DNA of 64,000 bases from an uncultured Candidatus Binatia bacterium. Lineage in GTDB: Bacteria; Desulfobacterota; Binatia; Bin18. The stretch is taken from positions 1,152,001-1,216,000 of the forward strand of contig OZ241744.1 of assembly GCA_965200965.1 (NCBI GenBank), given 5' to 3'. This document shows positions 27,487 to 39,538 of the stretch, piece after piece. Made by a program: the position numbers and the translations under genes. Every line of letters starts with the position of its first letter. Positions within the stretch are counted from its first letter, which is position 1. A model generated the notes under the pieces. It was not told the DNA's origin and ran no database searches. It saw nothing but the letters and a program-made list of their open reading frames with translations.

Positions 27487-29503
27487 ACCGGCAGCCGCCG
27501 TCCGGCTGCGGCCGCCGGAAAAAGCTCTGCTGTGCGGTATCTGGGCCGGCCTGGTCCTGATCCTGCTGACGCCCTTCGTCATCACTCCCCAGACGATTTT
27601 CCCTTTTATCGTTGGCAAGGCCCTGTATGCACGGGTCATTATTGAAGTCGTCTTCGGCTTCTGGGTACTGCTGGCTTTCTTGAGTCCTGCCTACCGTCCC
27701 CCGCGTTCGTGGCTGCTCATCCTGTTTGGCCTTGCCCTCGGCGTGTCGCTAGTAGCGGCCTGCTCTGGCGTCAGCGTCCAGCGGAGTTTGTGGTCAAGCT
27801 ATGAACGGATGCAGGGCGTCGTAGACTTGGCCCACTGGTTCGTCTTCGCCCTCGTTCTGGCGTCGGTGGTCCGCACCGTCCAGGCTTGGAGCGTTCTTCT
27901 GAAGCTCAATCTGGGCCTCAGCCTGATGATGGCCCTGCTGGCCATCGCCCAGTCGTACTATTTCCCGGACGCGCGCCTCCTCAGCTGGGATCCCCCAACA
28001 GCGCGGGTCGCTGCCACGCTCGGCAATCCGATCTATCTCAGCGCGTATTTGATGGTGAACATCGTCATCGCGCTCGGCTTCCTCGCACGGTCGTTCCTCC
28101 CCGTCGCTGCCCCGGCGTCCGGGGGGAAACGGGCGAGACGCCGCCGACGAAAACAGCCCTCAGCGTCAGATCTGAAGCGCCAGCTGCTGCTGCTGAAGCG
28201 CCAGCGTCGTCTGCTGTGGGTCCAGAGACTCTTGTGGGGAAGCGCGGTGTTGATCGAACTGTGGGCGCTCGGCTTGGCCGGCAGCCGGGGGGGGATGGCC
28301 GGACTCGTCACCGCGCTCGGCTGTCTCGCCGCGGGGGGCCTGTTTGTCGGGCGCGCTCAAACGGCCCGCTTGGCCGCGGTGGGCCTGATGGGTCTGTGCG
28401 GGACGGCGCTTGTGCTGCTGCTGACCATGTTTTTCAGGCCGAGTATCCTTATGCCCGATACAGGGATCTCAAATCCCCGGTTGCGCCACCTCACATCTTC
28501 CGGGACCATCCGAACGCGCCTGGCGGCCTGGGAGGCAGGTTTCAAAGGCTTTGCTGACAGGCCGTTCCTCGGCTGGGGGCCGGAGAACTACATCGTGGTC
28601 TTCGGCCGGCATGTGTCTGGAGTCGGCACCCACTCAAAGATCCACGACAGCGCGCATAACAGGATCGTTGAAGAGCTTGCGACAAAGGGTTTGCTCGGTC
28701 TGGTGAGCTACCTCGCCGTCTGGGGATTGACCTTCCTGGTTGTGCTGCGGGCCGCCAAAGGGATGGACTCCAGGGAACGGGTGCTGACGCTGTTTGTCGG
28801 CGCTGCCCTGACAGGACAGTTCGTCCAGAGCCAATTTGCGCCCGAGGGCTCGGTCGGTTTCCTCCAGTATGTCCTGCTGCTCGCTTTTGTCGCCAGGCTT
28901 GAAGGGGGAGCGGCTGGGCGGCCGGCAGTTCAACTCGGCCAAGGGGTTTTCTCCGCCTTTGAGCGGCTCACGCGCCCGGCCTTCCTGCGACCCAGGCTGA
29001 CTCGCGCCGCGGTGGTCGTGGGCATACTCGTGCTGCTCGGGACGAATCTCCTGGCCAACCGGTCGATCTACTCGGCGGCCGGTACCACCCTCAGAACATC
29101 CGCCCCGGCAAACACCCCCGGTCAACTCAGAGGCGCTTTTCAGCAGGCCATCAGCGACTTCAGGCCACTCGCCAACTATCCCAGACTCCTCCTTTTTGAG
29201 ACGCTGGCGCAACTCTGGGACTTCCTCCGGGCCCAGTCCAGGATCGAGACGGAACGCATGCTGGCGCTAGTCAATGCCGAGGCCGTCGCCGCCCTTGAAA
29301 ACAACCCCTCTGACTGGCAAATCGCCGTCGCGCTGACCAAGCTGTATCGGGTGATAGGTGCCTCTGATCCAGCCTACGAGGACGAGGCGAGACGCTATCT
29401 TGAGAGAGCCCTGGACCTGGCCCCCCGGAGAAAAGAGGTCCTGGAGCTGGCTCCTTCGTCGCAACACGGCGGTCCGGCCGGCGAAGGCCGGACCGCCGGC
29501 TGA
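27473..29503 (+). CDS. O-antigen ligase (Wzy_C)-like membrane protein with a helical C-terminal domain
   Basis: Multi-TM; SLWSSYERMQG, ATLGNPIYLSAYL, GSRGG, R...W..G......RPFLGWGPENY, DSAHN. Confidence 0.85.
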   Translation: MSHGRPAAAVRLRPPEKALLCGIWAGLVLILLTPFVITPQTIFPFIVGKALYARVIIEVVFGFWVLLAFLSPAYRPPRSWLLILFGLALGVSLVAACSGVSVQRSLWSSYERMQGVVDLAHWFVFALVLASVVRTVQAWSVLLKLNLGLSLMMALLAIAQSYYFPDARLLSWDPPTARVAATLGNPIYLSAYLMVNIVIALGFLARSFLPVAAPASGGKRARRRRRKQPSASDLKRQLLLLKRQRRLLWVQRLLWGSAVLIELWALGLAGSRGGMAGLVTALGCLAAGGLFVGRAQTARLAAVGLMGLCGTALVLLLTMFFRPSILMPDTGISNPRLRHLTSSGTIRTRLAAWEAGFKGFADRPFLGWGPENYIVVFGRHVSGVGTHSKIHDSAHNRIVEELATKGLLGLVSYLAVWGLTFLVVLRAAKGMDSRERVLTLFVGAALTGQFVQSQFAPEGSVGFLQYVLLLAFVARLEGGAAGRPAVQLGQGVFSAFERLTRPAFLRPRLTRAAVVVGILVLLGTNLLANRSIYSAAGTTLRTSAPANTPGQLRGAFQQAISDFRPLANYPRLLLFETLAQLWDFLRAQSRIETERMLALVNAEAVAALENNPSDWQIAVALTKLYRVIGASDPAYEDEARRYLERALDLAPRRKEVLELAPSSQHGGPAGEGRTAG

Positions 29504-29516
29504 ACGCGGAGCGGCC

Positions 29517-30710
29517 TCAGGCCGCCAGGGCCTGCCCGCGTTTGGCCTCATCCTGCGCGGTCGGCTCCTCAACCTTGTAGAGTTTCTGACCGTTTTCCCA
29601 CAGAATCTTGCGCCGTACCGCCGCTTCACAGTCGGACAGGCCGCCCTTGATGCGGCTGTGAACCTCGTCGCCGTACAGCGAGGTAGGGTGCGGAAAGTCG
29701 GTCTCAAACAGAATGTTGTCTGCCCCGACCTTGTCGATCAGCCGCCGCGGGGCAAGCTGCTCAAACCAGTAGCAGGCGTAGACATTGCGGGCGAAATACT
29801 CTGAGGGCAGCAACTCAAACTCGGGGTGCTCGTCGGCCACATCGTTGCCGGAGAACTGATAGTCAAGGGCTTCGAGCGCAAACGGAATCCAGCCGATGCC
29901 GCTCTCGACCGAGATGAACTTGATGTCCGGGTAGCGGGCCAACACCCCGGACATGATCAGGTCATTCAGTTGCATGGCGTTTTTCAGAAAGATATCGACC
30001 GACAGCTCGGTAAAGGCCGCCATCTTGCCGTAGGCGCGAATCCGGTTTTCGAGCAGGCCGAGTTCCATATTGCCCGAACCGATGTGGAAGCTGATCGGCA
30101 GGTCAAGCTCAACCGCGACTTCCCACAGCGGGTTCCAGTGGGTATCGCCCAGCAAGGGCTGGCCAAAAGCCTGCGGCTCGCCGGTAAACAGAATGCCCCG
30201 GTGGCCAAGAGCGGCGCAGCGGCGGACCTCCTTGACCGCGGCCTCCACATCCCAGAAGGGCAGTGAGGTGATGGGCAGCAGGCGGCGCGAGTCGGCCGAT
30301 GCCCACTCGGTCTGCCAGTCGTTGTAAATCCGGACGCAGCTCAGCATCAGTTCGGGGTCGTTCAGCTTCAGGAACTCTTGGGCCCCAAAACCGCCGACAT
30401 TGGGATACATGACCATCGCCCAGATGCCCATCTTGTCCATGTACTTCAGGCGTTCCCTGGCGTCGTAGGCCCCGGGGTGCATCTCTTCGTAGGTCTTGGG
30501 CGGGTTCTTGAAGTTGCCCACCCCCGCGGTAGCCGTCAGGCCGGGGCTGGCCAGCATCGGCTTGCCGCCCACAATCCAGGACAGGCCGCCGTCGGTGTTG
30601 GTCTCAATACGCGGCACGAGCTCGCGCAGCGAGTCCGGGGCCCGGCTCGTCCACAGGTCGGGCGTTTCGGTGACATGGGTGTCAACGTCGATAATCGTAT
30701 ACGCGCTCAT
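29517..30710 (-). CDS. Amidohydrolase family 2 protein
   Basis: IIDVDTHVTE, SFHIG, SVESGIGW, FETDFPHP. Confidence 0.9.
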   Translation of the reverse strand: MSAYTIIDVDTHVTETPDLWTSRAPDSLRELVPRIETNTDGGLSWIVGGKPMLASPGLTATAGVGNFKNPPKTYEEMHPGAYDARERLKYMDKMGIWAMVMYPNVGGFGAQEFLKLNDPELMLSCVRIYNDWQTEWASADSRRLLPITSLPFWDVEAAVKEVRRCAALGHRGILFTGEPQAFGQPLLGDTHWNPLWEVAVELDLPISFHIGSGNMELGLLENRIRAYGKMAAFTELSVDIFLKNAMQLNDLIMSGVLARYPDIKFISVESGIGWIPFALEALDYQFSGNDVADEHPEFELLPSEYFARNVYACYWFEQLAPRRLIDKVGADNILFETDFPHPTSLYGDEVHSRIKGGLSDCEAAVRRKILWENGQKLYKVEEPTAQDEAKRGQALAA

Positions 30711-30737
30711 ATCTTCCCTCCTTACACACTGACAGTC

Positions 30738-31499
30738 CTATTGGGCCACATAGCCGCCATCAACCGCCATTGGGTGGCCGGTTACAAAAGAGGCGGCCTC
30801 AGAGCACAGCCACACGACGGCTTCGCCAATCTCGGACGGCTCGGCCAGACGCCCGACCGGCTCGGCGGCGACCGCGGCCTCCGCGGCCTGCGGCTTGTCG
30901 GCAAAGACCCGCTGGAGCATCGGCGTGTCCACGCCGCCAGGACACACCGCGTTGACCCGGATGCCGGCCTTGGCGTACTCGAGGGCGGCGGTCTTGGTCA
31001 GGCCGACAACGCCGTGTTTGGCCGCCACATAGGCCGACAGGTCCGGCACGGCGATCAGGCCGGCGGCAGACGCGGTGTTCACAATTGCCCCGCCGCCGTG
31101 GCCGAGCATGTGCCGGATTTCGGCCTTCATGCTCAGCCACACGCCCTTGAGGTTAATAGCGATGACCCGCTCCCAGCTCGCCTCGCTATAGTCCCGGGTG
31201 GGCCGGACTTCGCCCTCAATGCCGGCGTTGTTGAACGCGCAGTCAAGCCGGCCATAGGTCTCAACCGCCCGCGTGACCATTGCCTCGGCATCTGCGGCCT
31301 GCGACACATCGGCCTGGATGCAGAGCGCTTCGCCACCGGCGTCGCGTATCAGGCGGACCGTTTCCTCAGCGCCCTCGACATTCACATCGGCCACCGCTAC
31401 CCGTGCCCCTTCCCGGGCAAAGATCTGGGCGCTGGCCCGGCCAATGCCGGTGCTGCCGCCGGTAATCAGGGCAGCTTTTCCCGCTACTAATCCTGCCAT
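30738..31499 (-). CDS. Short-chain dehydrogenase/reductase
   Basis: TGGSTGIG, NNAG, YVAAKHGVVGLTK, RVNAVCPG. Confidence 0.95.
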   Translation of the reverse strand: MAGLVAGKAALITGGSTGIGRASAQIFAREGARVAVADVNVEGAEETVRLIRDAGGEALCIQADVSQAADAEAMVTRAVETYGRLDCAFNNAGIEGEVRPTRDYSEASWERVIAINLKGVWLSMKAEIRHMLGHGGGAIVNTASAAGLIAVPDLSAYVAAKHGVVGLTKTAALEYAKAGIRVNAVCPGGVDTPMLQRVFADKPQAAEAAVAAEPVGRLAEPSEIGEAVVWLCSEAASFVTGHPMAVDGGYVAQ

Positions 31500-31563
31500 A
31501 TCGCTTCTCCTTTCCGGGTCAGCCTAGCAGACCCGAGACCGGCCAGAAAGACCGGGGCCGACC

Positions 31564-32751
31564 CTAGGCGGCGGACGCAAACCGCAGCGGCAGGGTCTGC
31601 GGCCCACGCACAATGATTGACACGATCTGCTCAATGTCGGGTGTCATACAGGCGAACGGTGGGCAGTCAAACAGCAGGGCCTCCAGGGCAAGCCGCCCCT
31701 CGAGACGGCCGAGTGGCGCACCTAAGCAATAGTGGATACCGTAGCCAAAGGCCAGATGGTCTGGGGGGTTGCGGGCGATGTCAAAGCGGTCCGGCTCGGG
31801 GAAGTGGCGCTCGTCACGGTTGGCCGAGCCGAGCAGCAAAAACACAGTCTGGCCGGCCGCCAGCGTGCCGCCTTCCAACTCTACATCCTGCACGGTTCGG
31901 CGGAAAATCACCTGAACCGGGGACTCATACCGCAGCACTTCTTCAACCAGGGCGGGGACGAGGGAAGGGTCGGCCCGGACCTTGGCCAGTTCCTCTGGAT
32001 GCTTGAGCAGGGTCAGGACCGCGTTGCCGATCAGGTTCGTGGTCGTCTCGTTGCCGGCGACGAGCAGCAGGACAGCCAGGGCCAGAATCTCCTGCGAGGA
32101 CAGCATATCCCGCTCTTCTTCGGCTTTGACCAGGGCGGTAATCAGGTCGTCTCCAGGCTCGATCCGCCGCCGCTCAATGCTGTGCTCAAAGTAGGCCCTG
32201 AGCTCGGCTTGGCTCTTTCGGATGTGCGCCCGTTCGGCCTCGTCGCTTGGCCGGCCGGTCGCCCGCACCACATCGTCAGACCAGACCTTGAAATCGCCCC
32301 GCCGCTCAGGCTCAACCCCGAGCATCTCGGCAATCACAGTCGTTGGCAGCGGGCCGGACAGGGTAGCAACCAGGTCGCCCTGTGGCTGACGGCGCAGAGC
32401 ACTGACCAAGTCGCGGGTAATGGCCCGAAACCGCGGCTCCAGACCACGGATCAGCCGCGGGGTAAACCCCTTGTTGGCCAGCTTGCGCAAGCGTGTATGC
32501 TCGGGCGGATTCATGTCAAGAATCCACGGCGTCTCGGGCACGGGATTGAGCTCGCCCAGGGCTTCGGCGGTAAACACCGAGGACGAAAAGATATGCGGAT
32601 TGCGCAGGGCAAAATCCACGTCAGCATACCGGCTCAGCGCCCAGCACTGAAACGGCTCCAGCCAGAGCACCGGGGCTTTGTCCCTGAGTTCGGCATAGTA
32701 GGGGTAGGGGTTGGCGGTCACTTCCGGGGAGAGCGGGTTGAAATCCATCAT
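31564..32751 (-). CDS. Cytochrome P450
   Basis: AGNETT, EEVLR (ExxR), [10 protein letters not shown] heme motif. Confidence 0.95.
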   Translation of the reverse strand: MMDFNPLSPEVTANPYPYYAELRDKAPVLWLEPFQCWALSRYADVDFALRNPHIFSSSVFTAEALGELNPVPETPWILDMNPPEHTRLRKLANKGFTPRLIRGLEPRFRAITRDLVSALRRQPQGDLVATLSGPLPTTVIAEMLGVEPERRGDFKVWSDDVVRATGRPSDEAERAHIRKSQAELRAYFEHSIERRRIEPGDDLITALVKAEEERDMLSSQEILALAVLLLVAGNETTTNLIGNAVLTLLKHPEELAKVRADPSLVPALVEEVLRYESPVQVIFRRTVQDVELEGGTLAAGQTVFLLLGSANRDERHFPEPDRFDIARNPPDHLAFGYGIHYCLGAPLGRLEGRLALEALLFDCPPFACMTPDIEQIVSIIVRGPQTLPLRFASAA

Positions 32752-32859
32752 GAAGACCCTCCTTGGTCGAAAGCTTGCAGAATGAAAACACTATTGTCAA
32801 AAGTGGACTGCTGTGCAAGACTCTGCCCCAATCCAAACGAGCGAGAAGGAGTGGCTGCC

Positions 32860-34689
<1,830 letters not shown>

Positions 34690-34751
34690 GCATCGCCGCT
34701 GTCCGGGCAGCCCTGTGTGGCTGCCCGGCGCACGGCCGGCCCGGCGGCCAT

Positions 34752-36368
34752 CTATTGGAAGGTGAAACCTTCGTAGCCCTTGGCCGCCACCTCCTGACAC
34801 TTCTGCCGATAGGCAGTCGCCGAGTTGGCATACAGGAGCAGGGCGCGTTTCTTGCCCGGGATGTTTGAGCCCATGAACCACGAATCCCCATCACTCAAGA
34901 GCGTCTGGGAGGCCAACTCGTTGGCGTGGTCTATCCAGGCCTGCTCGGCCTCCGGACTGGGCGCAACGCAGCGCAGTTTGTTCTCGCGCATATGGCCGAT
35001 ACAGTCGGCGATCCAATCGACAATCATCTCGGCGCACACCGTGTAGTTGCAGAACGCCGAGTTGGTGGCAATAAAGAAATTGGGGAAACCGGCCGTCTGA
35101 AGCCCCAGGTAGCTGCGCGGCCCGTCGGCCCACCTGCCCTCGAAGGTCTGCCCGCCCTCACCGCGGATATCAATGCGGGTCAGCGGCCCGGACACCGCGT
35201 CAAAGCCGGTCGCATAGATGATGACATCGAGTTCGTACTCGGCCCTCCGGGTCTGCACGCCCTTGGGGGTGATGCGTTCAATCGGGGCTTCACGGACATC
35301 AACCAGCGAAACATTGTCCCGGTTGTAGGCCTCGTAATAGCCGCTCTCCAGGGGAATGCGTTTGGCCCCAAACGGGTGATCCTTGGGTGCCAGCTTTTCC
35401 GCCACCAGCGGGTCGTGGACCCGCTGGCGGATCTTGTTGCGGACAAACTCGGCAAAGGTCTCGTTGGCCTCCCGGTTGGTCATAATGTCGTGAAAGTTGC
35501 CCAACCATTTTTTGAAGCCGGGCAGCGCCCATAGCTCCTCGTACAGCGCCTTGCGCTCTTCCTCTGAAACCTCAAGGGCCGAGCGCGGATCAAATTGATG
35601 CACGAAGCCGGCCGGGGTTTCACGGCACCGCTTGTGGATTTGCGGGTAGGTGGCCTTCCACTCGCTCTGGGTCTGGGGGGCGACTGCCGAGTTGCGTAAT
35701 GGAGCGCAGTAGTTCGGGGTGCGCTGAAAAACGGTCAGATGGCCCGCCTCCTGGGCCACGATTGGAATGAGTTGCACCGCGGTCGCGCCCGTGCCAATGC
35801 AGCCTGCCCGCTTGCCGCGAAAGTCCACCTTCTCCTTGGGCCAGCGTGAGGTGTGAAACGACTCGCCCTTGAAGTGGTCAATACCCTCAAAAGGAGGCGT
35901 ATATTTTGCCGACAGAATGCCGACCGCTCCGATCAGAAACTGCGCCCGCGCCCGCTCGCCGCTCTCAAGCCGGATCTCCCAGCACTTCTCGTCCTCGGCA
36001 TAGACCGCGGCGGCTACGCGGGAATTGAGCTGGATGTCGGGCCGCAGGTCAAACTTGTCGGCCACATAATTGAGGTAGCGCTCGTTCTCTGGCTGGCCGG
36101 AAAAATGCTCTTTCCAGTCCCACTCTTGCAGCAGTTCCTCGGAGAATGAGTAGCCGTAGGTTTCACTCTCGGAATCAAAGCGGCAGCCCGGGTAGCGGTT
36201 CCAGTACCAGGTGCCGCCTACCCCCGCGCCATCCTCGTAGACCCGCACCGACAGGCCCATCTTCCGCAGCCGGTACAGTTGATAGAGTCCCATCACCCCA
36301 GCGCCGATGACGATTGCGTCAAACTCCTTGAACTGCTCCGCGGCTGGTGTGTGTTGAGCGTTTGCCAT
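34752..36368 (-). CDS. Baeyer-Villiger monooxygenase (type I, CHMO/STMO-like)
   Basis: [41 protein letters not shown]. Confidence 0.93.
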   Translation of the reverse strand: MANAQHTPAAEQFKEFDAIVIGAGVMGLYQLYRLRKMGLSVRVYEDGAGVGGTWYWNRYPGCRFDSESETYGYSFSEELLQEWDWKEHFSGQPENERYLNYVADKFDLRPDIQLNSRVAAAVYAEDEKCWEIRLESGERARAQFLIGAVGILSAKYTPPFEGIDHFKGESFHTSRWPKEKVDFRGKRAGCIGTGATAVQLIPIVAQEAGHLTVFQRTPNYCAPLRNSAVAPQTQSEWKATYPQIHKRCRETPAGFVHQFDPRSALEVSEEERKALYEELWALPGFKKWLGNFHDIMTNREANETFAEFVRNKIRQRVHDPLVAEKLAPKDHPFGAKRIPLESGYYEAYNRDNVSLVDVREAPIERITPKGVQTRRAEYELDVIIYATGFDAVSGPLTRIDIRGEGGQTFEGRWADGPRSYLGLQTAGFPNFFIATNSAFCNYTVCAEMIVDWIADCIGHMRENKLRCVAPSPEAEQAWIDHANELASQTLLSDGDSWFMGSNIPGKKRALLLYANSATAYRQKCQEVAAKGYEGFTFQ

Positions 36369-36410
36369 AGTCTTCCTCCTTGACAGGCGTGGTGTTCGGC
36401 CGGTGGGTCG

Positions 36411-36842
36411 CTATTCGGGCAGCACAACCCCGGAACCGCCCATGTCGGCCGGCACGTCCTGCTGTTTGACAATGCTGTCGTGGATGCGCAGCACGGTTTC
36501 TGCGTAGAAGACATGGGCCGCCGGCTCGAACGGCAGCTCGGGGATGACCGCGGCGTAGACATCGGTCAGGCCCATGCCAGGATGCTCGGTAAACACATGT
36601 CCGCCGCAGACCGTACACCATTTGCGGTGGCTGTTGTCGGTCTTGGCATAGCTGCCCAGCTTGTCGGCTCCCTCGGTGACAACGAGCGCCTTGGGGTCCC
36701 ACAGGGTAAAGGCGTTGACCGGGCCGGCCGACCAGTGACGGCACGACTCGCAGTGGCAATAGCCCATCGCCACCGGCGCACCGCTCACAGTTAATTTCAC
36801 CGCACCGCAAAAACAACTGCCGTTATATGTATTTTCGCTCAT
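36411..36842 (-). CDS. GFA (CENP-V) family Zn-binding protein
   Basis: GSCFCGAV, CHCESCR, WCTVCG. Confidence 0.9.
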   Translation of the reverse strand: MSENTYNGSCFCGAVKLTVSGAPVAMGYCHCESCRHWSAGPVNAFTLWDPKALVVTEGADKLGSYAKTDNSHRKWCTVCGGHVFTEHPGMGLTDVYAAVIPELPFEPAAHVFYAETVLRIHDSIVKQQDVPADMGGSGVVLPE

Positions 36843-36904
36843 AGTCGCTGTCCTCCTGTCCCTCTTGTGCGCAAAATATCGGGGGGGCGCAAGTCGGCAT
36901 AAAC

Positions 36905-37657
36905 TCAGAAGTCCCTGAGCCGCGCCGTGGTGTGTGGATCGAGAAAGCCGGCAACCGTGGCTTCGGTTTCAAGCCGCAGGGCGGTGGTGATATCCCGCGC
37001 TGCGCCCTGGTTGAGCACGCGCTTCATAGACCGAACCGCCAGCGCCGGCAGCGCACTCAGTTTCTCGGCCACGCTTTGGGCCTCTGCCAGCAGGCTGTCA
37101 TCGGGCACAACCCGCCACGCCACCCCGAGATCAAGAAGGGTTGGGGCGTCGTACTGCTCACCGAAAAACAGCATTTCGCGGGCCTTGTTCAGCCCGACCA
37201 GGGCCGGCAGCAGCGAACTCACCCCGCCGGTGACAAACGCGCCGAGTGACACCTCGGGGAAAAACCCCCTGGCGCTGGCCGCCCAGATGGGAAAATCGCA
37301 GTTGATCGCCAACTCAAACCCGCCCCCGACCGCCCAGCCGTTGATCGCGCCCACCACCGGTACGTCGCCAAAAACGATCTCTTGGGTAGCGCGCTGTATG
37401 GTGTTGACAAACTCCCGCGCCCGGCCCGGATCGTCCGGGTGGACATGATCCTTGCGATCATCGCCGGCACAAAAAGCGCGGCCAGTACCGGTAAAAATGA
37501 TCGCCCGGGTGGCGGGGTCGGCGTTGGCCTCGGCAAAGGCGCGGGCGAGGTCGTCCATCAGACCGCGGTTCATGGCGTTGAGACGCTCGGGGCGGTTGAG
37601 GGCTATGGTCCGCACCCCTGTATCGCCCAGCGTGCTCAGAACGCTTGCGTACTGCAT
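36905..37657 (-). CDS. Enoyl-CoA hydratase/isomerase family protein
   Basis: LNRPERLNAM, AFCAGDD, GWAVGGGFE, FPE. Confidence 0.9.
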   Translation of the reverse strand: MQYASVLSTLGDTGVRTIALNRPERLNAMNRGLMDDLARAFAEANADPATRAIIFTGTGRAFCAGDDRKDHVHPDDPGRAREFVNTIQRATQEIVFGDVPVVGAINGWAVGGGFELAINCDFPIWAASARGFFPEVSLGAFVTGGVSSLLPALVGLNKAREMLFFGEQYDAPTLLDLGVAWRVVPDDSLLAEAQSVAEKLSALPALAVRSMKRVLNQGAARDITTALRLETEATVAGFLDPHTTARLRDF

Positions 37658-37683
37658 CGCACTTCCCTCCTCATCTCGGGCGA

Positions 37684-38700
37684 TCAGGCCCGGATATCCG
37701 CAATAATACGTTTCAGCCCGGCATCGTTCTGGCCAGGACGGTAGGGGAAATACAGACTGAGCCGGTCCAGCAGCCCGTGGTAGCGCGCCCGCAGCTTTGG
37801 GCCGATCTCGTCTGGCGGGCCGCTGATGCAGAACTCATCCACCATCTCGTCGCTCACTTCCCGGGCCAGGCCGCCCCAGTCGCCGGCCGCGGCCTTGGCG
37901 CTCAGCCGGCCGCTCAGTTCAGCCCAGCCGTGGGTGTCCAGTACCGGCGCATAGGTGCGGGTCGAGGCGTAGAAGCCGATCTGGTGCCGAATCTCCTCAC
38001 GCTGCTCGGCAATAGCCCGCGTGCTGTCGCCGGTAGCGACCAAGGCTTGGGTTGACAGCGTCAGGTCGGCGCGCGAACGGCCGGCCCGGCGCGCCCCGGC
38101 CTCAAGGGCCGGGATGAGCGATTCGCGCAGAAAGCGGGGCGAGTTGAGCGGGTGGACATGAAAGCCGTCGCATACCTCGCCGGCCATCTCGGCGATCCGG
38201 CGATTGACCCCGGCAACATAGACGGGGATGTGTGGCTGGGCGACTTTTGACGGGCTGAAAAACGGCGTCATCATGCTCAGGCGGTAAAACTCGCCCTCAA
38301 ACCGCAGCCGGTTGCCGGTCTGCCAGCAGTCCCAGATCGCCCGCATGGCCAGAATCATCTCCCGCAGCTTTTTGACTGGGGAGACAAACGGGACGCCAAA
38401 GCGGCGCTCGTTGTGGCCTTTGACCTGGGTGCCCAGACCAAGGATGAAGCGGCCCTTGGAGTTGGCTTGCAGGTCCCAGCAGGTGTGGGCCAGCACAGTC
38501 GGGTTGCGCGGAAAGGCCACGGCAATGGCCGTACCCAGACTGACCCCGTGGGTGACGGTGCTGGCAATTGCCAGCGGCATAAACGGCTCGTGGGCGGCCT
38601 CAATAGACCACAGGCCGTCGTGGCCGATCGCCTCGGCCCAGCCGGCAAAGTCACGAATGCCAGAAAAATCGCTGGCCGCAATAACAGTATCAAACTTCAT
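37684..38700 (-). CDS. LLM-class F420-dependent oxidoreductase (TIGR03617-like)
   Basis: EAAHEPF, AIAVAFPRNP, GRFILGLGTQVKGHNERRFG, FYASTRTY. Confidence 0.88.
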   Translation of the reverse strand: MKFDTVIAASDFSGIRDFAGWAEAIGHDGLWSIEAAHEPFMPLAIASTVTHGVSLGTAIAVAFPRNPTVLAHTCWDLQANSKGRFILGLGTQVKGHNERRFGVPFVSPVKKLREMILAMRAIWDCWQTGNRLRFEGEFYRLSMMTPFFSPSKVAQPHIPVYVAGVNRRIAEMAGEVCDGFHVHPLNSPRFLRESLIPALEAGARRAGRSRADLTLSTQALVATGDSTRAIAEQREEIRHQIGFYASTRTYAPVLDTHGWAELSGRLSAKAAAGDWGGLAREVSDEMVDEFCISGPPDEIGPKLRARYHGLLDRLSLYFPYRPGQNDAGLKRIIADIRA

Positions 38701-38730
38701 GGGGCACCTCCCTCCGTCTTCTCTGCCCGC

Positions 38731-39396
38731 TTAGCCCTTGGAGAACGGCGTTCCCCATGAATCAACAAACGCCAACTCCTCAACCGGGCGGCGCGAGATC
38801 GGGCCGTGGCCACGCAGCACCGGATAGCCGACCGGCACAACCGCGGCCGTTCCCCACGGCTCGGGGATAGCCAGCAGGTGGCGCACCTCGGGCTCCTCCA
38901 TGCACAGCAGGGTGGTCAGCACACAGCCCAAGCTCTCTGCCCGGCAGGCCAGCAGCAGGTTCTCGACCGCGGTGTAGATCGAGCCGCCGCCGACTACCGA
39001 CACACGGTCCAGCTTGGCATCCGTCACCGCCAGCCCGTCTGGATCAAAGCAGAAGACCAGCAGGACCGGCGATTCCCCGAAATGCTCGGCCAGATAGGTA
39101 CTGGCGCGCATCACCCGTTCCGCCTTGGCCCGCTCCTCCTCAGAGCGGTCGGCGAACTGTTTCAGGTAGGATTGGGTATAGGGGATGGTGATTTTTTTGT
39201 ACAGCTCGCCCAGACGCTGTTTGCGGGCCGCGTCCTTGACCACAATAATCCGCCAGGCTTGGCGGTTGCCGCCGGTCGGTGCCCAGGTGGCGGCTTGGAG
39301 CACCCGGTAGAGCACATGATCAGGAATGGGGTCGGGGCGCAGCCGCCGCACCGCCCGCAGGGTTCGCATTGCCTCGTACAGGTCAATCGTCGCCAT
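38731..39396 (-). CDS. Nitroreductase family protein
   Basis: RAVRRL...PIP, APTGGNRQAW, ENLLLACRAE.LG. Confidence 0.9.
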   Translation of the reverse strand: MATIDLYEAMRTLRAVRRLRPDPIPDHVLYRVLQAATWAPTGGNRQAWRIIVVKDAARKQRLGELYKKITIPYTQSYLKQFADRSEEERAKAERVMRASTYLAEHFGESPVLLVFCFDPDGLAVTDAKLDRVSVVGGGSIYTAVENLLLACRAESLGCVLTTLLCMEEPEVRHLLAIPEPWGTAAVVPVGYPVLRGHGPISRRPVEELAFVDSWGTPFSKG

Positions 39397-39538
39397 AACA
39401 TCCTCCTGCCTCTGGCATAACCGTGTCCCGCCAAGCCGTCAATCATGTGCCAGACCCGGCTCGCGCCTGGGGGCCGTTTGACAAAGCCGCAGCGACACAC
39501 GACAATCGGCGGAGAAACACCACAGGAGGAACACCCCC

